From a virus: a DNA stretch of 64,000 nt. Made by a program: the position numbers and the translations under genes. Location of the stretch: positions 192,001 to 256,000 of IMG/VR virus record IMGVR_UViG_3300045988_139374; one strand, given 5' to 3'. Positions 36,302 through 42,611 of the stretch are shown here, in pieces (the first letter of the stretch is position 1; each line of letters opens with the position of its first letter). Under the pieces are notes generated by a model. The model was given only the letters and a program-made list of their open reading frames with translations. It made no database searches and was not told where the DNA came from.

Positions 36302-36354
36302 TTTCACTTGTATAGTATAAAAGTGATAAGAAGGATAAATATATTCCTTCTTAT
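36302..36354 (+). promoter_or_regulatory. promoter-like block plus 5' hairpin, element E4 (subtype 1)
   Basis: TTTCACTTGTATAGTATAAAAGTGATAAGAAGGA, with a compensated stem ATAAGAAGGA/TCCTTCTTAT. Confidence 0.55.
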
Positions 36355-36401
36355 AAAGAATTTTATTATATTGAAAGGTACAATATTGGAGGTACTTTAC
36401 T

Positions 36402-36764
36402 ATGTCTATTAGTAATGAGGAGTGGGAAAGATTTTGTGAAGGCATTGATAGTGGCAGTGCTCATCACGTTTACGAAATTGAAAAGCATGATTATAATATG
36501 ATTTTTACTCGTAAGGGTAAAAAATATTCTGCCATGCTTCATCGTATGATTAATCATGGCAATGCAAAATCTGGCAAGACCATGCGCCAGATTTATAGGT
36601 ACTGCTATCAGTACTTGTTTGATATAGGCTTGACGCAATTTTATCCTCCTATCTTTAACCCTAGAGCGAGATACATCGTTGAGTTAGGCGATGACAATTA
36701 TTTATATATTAAGAATGTAACAAAGGATAAGAGGTATAGGACATTGTCCAATAATGAGAAATAA
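36402..36764 (+). CDS. hypothetical protein (120 aa), behind promoter/hairpin element E4
   Basis: TTGGAGG SD. The terminator at 36770-36811 is followed directly by the cassette array. Confidence 0.85.
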   Translation: MSISNEEWERFCEGIDSGSAHHVYEIEKHDYNMIFTRKGKKYSAMLHRMINHGNAKSGKTMRQIYRYCYQYLFDIGLTQFYPPIFNPRARYIVELGDDNYLYIKNVTKDKRYRTLSNNEK

Positions 36765-36769
36765 CTGAA

Positions 36770-36811
36770 AAAGGAGTGAAGAGTAAAATCTTCACTTCCT
36801 TTTATTTTTTT
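36770..36811 (+). terminator. intrinsic terminator directly preceding cassette array C8-C13
   Basis: Stem AAAAGGAGTGAAG/CTTCACTTCCTTTT (one bulge) followed by a T-run. The box starts at 36818. Confidence 0.75.
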
Positions 36812-36815
36812 ATAA

Positions 36816-37059
36816 TCTGACGCTTCTACTAATATTAAAAAACTTGATAATGTATATATATATATATTCAAAAGGATATGAATTAGCAGGTACAATGATA
36901 GGATGTAATATACTAGACAGGCCAAGTATAGCCAAGAATGATTTTGTCTACATGGCATATCAAATTGAAGGTATAGTATATGCCGTATATGGACCATATA
37001 AGTCTTCTTCGATTAACTTTACAGTGTATGGTACTAATGCAAATATACTATACATTTAA
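36816..37059 (+). pseudogene. box cassette C8 (type A), frame interrupted inside a (TA)7 microsatellite
   Basis: Box at 36818-36828, with TAA immediately upstream in frame. Reads SDASTNIKKLDNVYIYI, and then the family sequence ..SKGYELAGTMIGCNIL..ANILYI* continues in the +1 frame. One extra TA unit would restore a single frame. Confidence 0.45.
36853..36866 (+). repeat. (TA)7 dinucleotide microsatellite inside cassette C8
   Basis: TATATATATATATA. The frame switch of C8 maps inside it. Confidence 0.9.
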
Positions 37060-37395
37060 TACACTGACGCTTCTAATAAAATTTTTAAAATGGATATTAA
37101 GTCTGATACAATAATATTCGATGGATTATTTGATTATAAAAGAATATTTCTTTGGCCAGATTGCGATTTTGTTATATTATCAATTTATGATGATAATGCT
37201 GTTATACGGCCTTTTAATGTTAATAATAATCATAAGGTACTTCTTTGGTATTCTTGGTATCATGATCATTATATGAATAATGGTGAAGATGCAATAGGCA
37301 CTGCAATAGATCTTTTATTTTCACAAAATTATGAAAATTATTCTCATACATTTCAAGAAATCAATACAATTATTTATTATAAGAACAAGAATTAA
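37060..37395 (+). CDS. start-less box cassette C9 (type B, 111 codons; includes ORF-track 37090-37395)
   Basis: Box at 37065-37075, with TAA two codons upstream in frame. Product YTDASNKIFKMDIKSD..VLLWYSWYHDHY..FQEINTIIYYKNKN*. The Met at 37090 is not conserved in paralogue C10 and has no SD. Confidence 0.5.
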   Translation, partial: YTDASNKIFKMDIKSDTIIFDGLFDYKRIFLWPDCDFVILSIYDDNAVIRPFNVNNNHKVLLWYSWYHDHYMNNGEDAIGTAIDLLFSQNYENYSHTFQEINTIIYYKNKN

Positions 37396-37401
37396 GATTA
37401 G

Positions 37402-37707
37402 TATGACGCTTCTAATAAAATCTATAAAACGGAAATTAGTTGTGGATATAAATCATTTAAGCAAGTAGTAGATTATATAAAGATAGGCGATATAAGTGAT
37501 TTTGTTATTCCAATATCAATATATAAAAAATCTGCAGATATACGTCCTATGAGTAATTCTACTGGAGCAGATGCACTTCTTTGGTATTCTTGGTATTATA
37601 CTGAAAATAAAACTAGTATATTTCTTTTATATACTACCAAAGCTACTTCTACGAATTATTCATTTCAAGAACTTAATACGATTGTATATTATATTCTACC
37701 AATCTGA
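37402..37707 (+). CDS. start-less box cassette C10 (type B, 101 codons)
   Basis: Box at 37404-37414, with TAG immediately upstream in frame. Product YDASNKIYKTEISCGYKSF..ALLWYSWYYTENK..FQELNTIVYYILPI. Its stop is the TGA of the next box. Absent from the ORF track. Confidence 0.5.
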   Translation, partial: YDASNKIYKTEISCGYKSFKQVVDYIKIGDISDFVIPISIYKKSADIRPMSNSTGADALLWYSWYYTENKTSIFLLYTTKATSTNYSFQELNTIVYYILPI

Positions 37708-37948
37708 CGCTTCTATAAAGAAGCTTAATAATATTTATATTGCTTATGATGTTGGGTATGAATTAAATGGTACAATGATAGGATATAATATATTAACAGT
37801 TCCAAATAATTTTGTCATCAATGACAAATATAATTATATTGGAGCGTTTCAGTATAAAGATAAAATATATGCTATATATGGATACACTGTGATCAACGGA
37901 TTTACTCTTACCAGATATAATAGCTATGCTAATATAGTATATATTTAA
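37703..37948 (+). CDS. start-less box cassette C11 (type A, 81 codons)
   Basis: Box at 37705-37715. Product SDASIKKLNNIYIAYDVGYELNGTMIGYNIL..YANIVYI*. The part of ORF-track entry 37571-37948 upstream of the box overlaps C10 in another frame. Confidence 0.5.
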   Translation, partial: SDASIKKLNNIYIAYDVGYELNGTMIGYNILTVPNNFVINDKYNYIGAFQYKDKIYAIYGYTVINGFTLTRYNSYANIVYI

Positions 37949-37949
37949 G

Positions 37950-38240
37950 TCTAATGACGCTTCTATTAAACATCTTAGTTTTGCCTGTGATACTGTTACA
38001 TTTGTTGCTATGATAGGTTTTAGAAAGATATATAATACATATAATAGTATTATATATCCGATATCTATATATACTACAGATCGTATACTTCCTGCTACTG
38101 ATGGAGAAGACATAATTGTCCCAATATTTGCATGGTATAATTATAGTAACAATACTAGCATTTATCTATGCTTATTTCAGACAGAGCTGCATACAACTGT
38201 AATGAATAATTTTACAACACATGTTTATTATATAAAATAA
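37950..38240 (+). CDS. start-less box cassette C12 (type B, 96 codons; includes ORF-track 38010-38240)
   Basis: Box at 37955-37965. Product SNDASIKHLSFACDTVTFVAMIGFRK..PIFAWYNYSNNTS..THVYYIK*. No SD. Confidence 0.5.
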   Translation, partial: SNDASIKHLSFACDTVTFVAMIGFRKIYNTYNSIIYPISIYTTDRILPATDGEDIIVPIFAWYNYSNNTSIYLCLFQTELHTTVMNNFTTHVYYIK

Positions 38241-38244
38241 TTAA

Positions 38245-38469
38245 TCTAATGACGCTTCTATAAAAAAGCTTAGTAATATTTATATTAATACTTTTAATGG
38301 ATATCCATTAAATGGCACAATGATAGGATGCGATATATTAGATAGTCCAAATTGGATGTTTAATTATATTACAGCATATCAATATAAAGGTAAAATATAT
38401 GTTACATCATGGGCATCTGGCAGCGATTTTCAAAGTTTTAATAGCCATGCAAATATTGTATATATTTAA
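38245..38469 (+). CDS. start-less box cassette C13 (type A, 74 codons)
   Basis: Box at 38250-38260, with TAA at 38242-38244 in frame. Product SNDASIKKLSNIYINTFNGYPLNGTMIGCDIL..HANIVYI*. Absent from the ORF track. Confidence 0.5.
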   Translation, partial: SNDASIKKLSNIYINTFNGYPLNGTMIGCDILDSPNWMFNYITAYQYKGKIYVTSWASGSDFQSFNSHANIVYI

Positions 38470-38592
38470 TTTATTTACACATCTGGTGCATTAAAGCTAA
38501 AATAACATCTCAGTAAGGTATCCAATTTTGGTGCTGATTGGATATCTGTCCAATATCACTTAGGCGATGTTGGTAGGCATAATATTTTCTCC

Positions 38593-38636
38593 AAAAAGAT
38601 CGGTAGGAAGTTTAAACTTCCTACCGGTTTTTATTT
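38593..38636. terminator. bidirectional intrinsic terminator (closes the cassette array and minus-strand gene 38637-39383)
   Basis: 10-bp stem CGGTAGGAAG/CTTCCTACCG, flanked by AAAAAGA and GTTTTTATTTTT. Confidence 0.8.
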
Positions 38637-39383
38637 TTAGTTATCTCGTTCTATTCTCTTAGCATGCTTTTCAAGCGTATAAGGATTATAGTAATTTTCA
38701 TCAATTAGATTACTATGAATATTAGCACCAATTAGATATACGTTCATAGCATTCTTAGGAATACTATCTGTCTTTTCAGAATCAATGTCATCAAAGCTAA
38801 CTTCACCTTTGACATTGATAGTATTATAAGCTTCAGCTTTAGCTTTCATAGCAGCAGCTTTAACACGAGCATACTCAGCAGTAGTGTTCTCTAGATTCAA
38901 CGCCATCGCACCCTCGAATTCTTTATTTGACTCTAGGCCACCTTTATCGGTACTCTGAAGGCGTCCTGTTAGTTTCATATCGCGTTTAGCAATTTCAATA
39001 GCAGTATTATTCTTCTTAGTAAGCATCTGCTTTAGACGCTTAATATTTAGATACCCTACTAGACATTCTTTACTCTCGATAGGTTTGCCAGTTACAGGAT
39101 CTGTAGCTAGATAAGGAAGCTTAACTTTTTCCATTAGAGGCTTATTAAGAACTTTAAAAGCCTTAAATATATCAGGCATCTTAGGCTCGTTATCAAAAGG
39201 AGCCACATGGTATCTAAAAGGAAGTCTACCAGAAATTAGCTTAGTAAATTCTGCATCAGACATATCTGCAAATAGCTTCTGATAATACTCAGTATTAGCA
39301 CCAGTAGGATCAATTGCAGAAAATGTTTTATAAATAAGCTCTTCACATTTTTGACGAGTTTCAGGAGTTATAGTTTTAGGCAT
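38637..39383 (-). CDS. hypothetical protein (248 aa)
   Basis: AAGGAG SD on minus. Downstream of 39397-40593 in the same operon. Bidirectional terminator at 38593-38636. Confidence 0.85.
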   Translation of the reverse strand: MPKTITPETRQKCEELIYKTFSAIDPTGANTEYYQKLFADMSDAEFTKLISGRLPFRYHVAPFDNEPKMPDIFKAFKVLNKPLMEKVKLPYLATDPVTGKPIESKECLVGYLNIKRLKQMLTKKNNTAIEIAKRDMKLTGRLQSTDKGGLESNKEFEGAMALNLENTTAEYARVKAAAMKAKAEAYNTINVKGEVSFDDIDSEKTDSIPKNAMNVYLIGANIHSNLIDENYYNPYTLEKHAKRIERDN

Positions 39384-39396
39384 AATTCATTACTCC

Positions 39397-40593
39397 TTAA
39401 GATTGTTTATTGGCTACATTAACAGTGATTGCAATATAGCCAAGAATGGATTTATAATAATTATTTTTTGTAGCTTGCGTTTTAATATTTTGGTATCTTT
39501 CACTAGTATTAAGCCAATTAAGAATAATATTTTTCATTTCAATAATATTCTTATCTTTAGTATTGGGTTTCATAGCAATACTATTAGCAATAAATTTAGG
39601 TCCAGTCATATCCTTTTCATCTGGATATTTAGTATGGAAATCTGTTAGTAGAGTATTGATAACAGTTCTAAGATCATTTAGCCGTGCATTACTATTAAGA
39701 ATATTTTCCATGATAGCTTTGATTTCATAAGGATCTACTCCTGTACTAGATACACTATAACAGACATTAATACTAATTTGAGTACTAGTAAAATATGTCA
39801 TCGCTTTTTCTGTAATAGCAGATATTACAGTAGAATCATTATTAGCAATTCTATAATCTTCTTTATCATAATTATCAGATTCTTTATTTAGATAAAGCTT
39901 ATTATCATATGCTTTATAATAAGGAACCGAAATATTCTTTAGAAATGCTAGAATTCTATTATGCAGCTGATGAATAATATAGCAAACTCTTTCATCTGTA
40001 ATGTCAGACATTAGTTCATCTTTATATGCTTCTAACCAAGTCATAGTCAGACTTCTAATAGCACCAAATACACTCTTCTGTTTAATAAGATCATATTTCT
40101 GAGAAAGCATATAATTGATGACATAATCCATAACTTCTCGCTTAGGTAAGCTATGAGGCCATAGTTTATAATGGCATGATGCATAGAATTTACCAGAGAA
40201 AGAAATATATACAGCACATAGTTCAATAAGTTTTTGATCTTTTTTATTGCTCAATAACCATCTTAGAACCATAAAAGCTGTAAGAGAAAATTCATCTTTA
40301 CATGCTTGGAGTTCATCATCTTTCCAATAATATAACTGAGGTAGAATATTAGTAACAGTTTTTTGATTTACATTAATACTCTTAAAGAAATCATTAACGT
40401 CACTCTTCTTAAAGAAAATTCTATCTACAGGAGCATAATCATATAGACTAGCTTGTCTACTATGAATAAATCTTTCAATACAAGATTTTAATGCACTACA
40501 TTTACTACCCATAGTAGCTTCTACAAGAGGATAAATTTGATCTATAATAACAGTATCTTCTATGAGATATTGCTTTTTGGAAACTTTAGCCAT
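39397..40593 (-). CDS. hypothetical protein (398 aa)
   Basis: AAGGAGG SD on minus. AACATCCTTATA motif 24 nt upstream. Confidence 0.85.
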   Translation of the reverse strand: MAKVSKKQYLIEDTVIIDQIYPLVEATMGSKCSALKSCIERFIHSRQASLYDYAPVDRIFFKKSDVNDFFKSINVNQKTVTNILPQLYYWKDDELQACKDEFSLTAFMVLRWLLSNKKDQKLIELCAVYISFSGKFYASCHYKLWPHSLPKREVMDYVINYMLSQKYDLIKQKSVFGAIRSLTMTWLEAYKDELMSDITDERVCYIIHQLHNRILAFLKNISVPYYKAYDNKLYLNKESDNYDKEDYRIANNDSTVISAITEKAMTYFTSTQISINVCYSVSSTGVDPYEIKAIMENILNSNARLNDLRTVINTLLTDFHTKYPDEKDMTGPKFIANSIAMKPNTKDKNIIEMKNIILNWLNTSERYQNIKTQATKNNYYKSILGYIAITVNVANKQS

Positions 40594-40616
40594 CTTCTAT
40601 CTCCTCCTTATAATTT

Positions 40617-40628
40617 TATAAGGATGTT
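40617..40628 (-). promoter_or_regulatory. AACA-N6-TA motif (late promoter candidate)
   Basis: Minus strand reads AACA TCCTTA TA. Lies 24 nt upstream of ATG 40593. The same 12-mer occurs at 46457 and 59590. Confidence 0.6.
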
Positions 40629-40640
40629 TTGGTAAGTCAA

Positions 40641-40652
40641 AACATATAGATA
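40641..40652 (+). promoter_or_regulatory. AACA-N6-TA motif, divergent partner of 40617-40628
   Basis: AACA TATAGA TA. The predicted start point coincides with the first base of a 15-bp inverted repeat arm. Lies 115 nt upstream of ATG 40767. Confidence 0.45.
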
Positions 40653-40747
40653 AAATGGTAGATAAGATTTTCATCATTGTGATTATACTCTCCTTAAAGA
40701 TATTGGTTGCATTTCATAACAGCTTACGGTATCTTATCTACCATTTT
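40652..40747 (+). repeat. 15-bp perfect inverted repeat bracketing a 66-nt segment (leader hairpin, sRNA or attenuator candidate)
   Basis: AAAATGGTAGATAAG (40652-40666) pairs with CTTATCTACCATTTT (40733-40747). The second arm is followed by TATTTATT. Confidence 0.6.
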
Positions 40748-40766
40748 TATTTATTGAGGTAATCTT

Positions 40767-41165
40767 ATGAATAATATGAATATTAGAATCTATTATAATC
40801 ATCTTTATGATGATTATAAGAAATATTGTTTTCTGCTTTATATTGAAGAACTAGGAATATTTGTTTCAACTACCAATGACTTATTCACTTCTATTGAAAA
40901 ACCTGATGTAGTTATTGATAATGAAATAATTGATGCTTATGCTATGTCCAGAGGATTTACTAAGCTACTAGAAACATATTTTAGAGAAGATAATATTTCT
41001 TGGATTAATGATGCATATGATAGGAAAAATGATTTGATAAGTACTCTTAATAATGCTAAGGATAGTATTAAGGACCATTATAAATACACGGTTAATGGAA
41101 GAGTACCCAAACTTTCTTATACTCTATATGCAGTCATTAATAGTCTGCTAAATAAAATTAAATAA
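40767..41165 (+). CDS. hypothetical protein (132 aa)
   Basis: ATG follows TTGAGGT. Preceded by a structured ~100-nt leader. Confidence 0.75.
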   Translation: MNNMNIRIYYNHLYDDYKKYCFLLYIEELGIFVSTTNDLFTSIEKPDVVIDNEIIDAYAMSRGFTKLLETYFREDNISWINDAYDRKNDLISTLNNAKDSIKDHYKYTVNGRVPKLSYTLYAVINSLLNKIK

Positions 41166-41171
41166 TAAAAC

Positions 41172-41196
41172 GGGAGTAGGATTTAATCCTACTCCC
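41172..41196. terminator. bidirectional hairpin between convergent genes
   Basis: 11-bp stem GGGAGTAGGAT/ATCCTACTCCC with a short loop. Confidence 0.65.
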
Positions 41197-41202
41197 AATA
41201 TT

Positions 41203-42513
41203 TTAATCCTTTTTAACGCCGAATTCACGAGAAGAAAATACTTCGATAATATTCAACTTGCCACTCTTAATACCAGAAATAGTAATCGTATGAGCATTTG
41301 TTCCACTTTCCAATTTGGTCTTAATATTAATATTTCCGAATGTATAAGTCTTTTCAGTCTGATCTTTCCAATTCATTATGACCATAGTACTCAGAGGAGT
41401 ATTATTACCATTGATATCAATAAGATTACTAAATACTAGATTGTATATATTCAGAGTAGCATTATCATGCCAGTTATCGACATATATCTTAACAGTAGCA
41501 GTATTATTACTTACATTCAGTGTATAATTAGAGATATCATTATTCTTAGAATCCTTGACAACAGAATTGGGGAATTGATAATTAAGTGCATCTACACCAG
41601 AAATAGTAATATTACTATTCATGTAGAATCCACCACATTTGATAGTCTGTGCTTCTTTTGCAGGAGCTACAGTCTGTCCATCCATATCAGGAACATTTTG
41701 AATGATATATCCATTTCCTGTATGATATCCCTTAGGAATATAATACTTACTATTCATTTTGAAGTTAATAACTTCAGGTTCTACTTTCTTAACGCTACCT
41801 ACAACCTGTTCACCATTAACCCAAGCCGTATAACCTTCAACAATAACTTCAGAATATGCTGTACCATTAGTTTGTCCTGCTAGATTTGCAGCGTTGACTA
41901 CACCTCTGCCATCATGATATCCTTCAGGAATTGTATAACTACCACCTGCAACTAGTGTATTAGTAGTAGATTTATTTACAGTCATTGTACCATCTACTCT
42001 TTTACCATTAGCCCAGCAATAGCTACCTTTCTTAATATCTGCAGCAACGATAGATGCCTTTGTTTGGCTCATTAGATCTTTTGCTACAATAATTCCATTG
42101 CCATCGTGATATCCTTTAGAAATTCTATGAGAAGCACCACATAGCAGAGTATCATTTTCGGAACCATTATCAGGCATTGCACCTGTAACTTTTACACCAT
42201 TAACCCAAGCAGTTCTATTAATTAGAATATCATCAGCAGTAGCATTAGAAGGCGTAAGATTAGATAGATCTTGAGCCTTTACTGTATATGCTTTAGGGTT
42301 AATGCCGTAAGGAATATTTAGTGTAGATCCTGCAGTCAGAGTAATTGTACCAGTTCTAGTACTATTAACAGGAATAGTACCAGATTCCATATGCTGAGTA
42401 GAGCCAATAAATTGCTTGCCTTGAGCAACATCAGCAGGAGTAGCATTTAGCAAATTTCTATCTGCAACTACAACATCTACGATATTAATAGAATCAGTAA
42501 ATGGCATAACCAA
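41203..42513 (-). CDS. tail fibre-like repeat protein (436 aa)
   Basis: TAGGAGG SD. About 4 copies of the unit [..A.DV..GK.F.G....GT.P] + [..L.AG.S..IP.GYH.G.G.V.A..LA.QT] shared with the divergent gene 42612-45722. Confidence 0.85.
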   Translation of the reverse strand: MVMPFTDSINIVDVVVADRNLLNATPADVAQGKQFIGSTQHMESGTIPVNSTRTGTITLTAGSTLNIPYGINPKAYTVKAQDLSNLTPSNATADDILINRTAWVNGVKVTGAMPDNGSENDTLLCGASHRISKGYHDGNGIIVAKDLMSQTKASIVAADIKKGSYCWANGKRVDGTMTVNKSTTNTLVAGGSYTIPEGYHDGRGVVNAANLAGQTNGTAYSEVIVEGYTAWVNGEQVVGSVKKVEPEVINFKMNSKYYIPKGYHTGNGYIIQNVPDMDGQTVAPAKEAQTIKCGGFYMNSNITISGVDALNYQFPNSVVKDSKNNDISNYTLNVSNNTATVKIYVDNWHDNATLNIYNLVFSNLIDINGNNTPLSTMVIMNWKDQTEKTYTFGNINIKTKLESGTNAHTITISGIKSGKLNIIEVFSSREFGVKKD

Positions 42514-42611
42514 AACCTCCTATTTTGTTACTATAAATTACTATGAAGTTGAACTTTCGAGCTTTCGCACATTATATTAATATTAGTAAAGGAGAGGAGT
42601 TGGATCAATAT

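Noticed and set aside
36818-38260. Regularly spaced short repeats (the boxes, every 240-340 nt) could superficially look like a CRISPR array
   Set aside because: The conserved unit is only 11-16 nt and not palindromic. The 'spacers' are paralogous protein-coding cassettes of unequal length, and copies occur on both strands.
13649-38469. Using the NTG that overlaps the box (ATG/CTG/TTG + ACG CTT CTA) as the cassette start codon
   Set aside because: TG is part of the invariant box, so any preceding base gives NTG, which makes the observation uninformative. That frame is +1 relative to the conserved D-A-S coding frame and usually stops after 4-20 codons. I saw no slippery site that would shift frames.
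36816-38469. Reading the cassette array as one polyprotein by stop-codon read-through
   Set aside because: Consecutive cassettes are not consistently in the same frame (C8-C10 are; C11, C12 and C13 each shift). Some junctions carry two stops (TAA..TAG).
38470-38592. Non-coding 120 nt after the last cassette, with a small imperfect hairpin (GGTATCCAAT..ATTGGATATC), checked for a tRNA, sRNA or recombinase site
   Set aside because: No box, no convincing structure and no ORF with an SD. There is insufficient evidence for any call.
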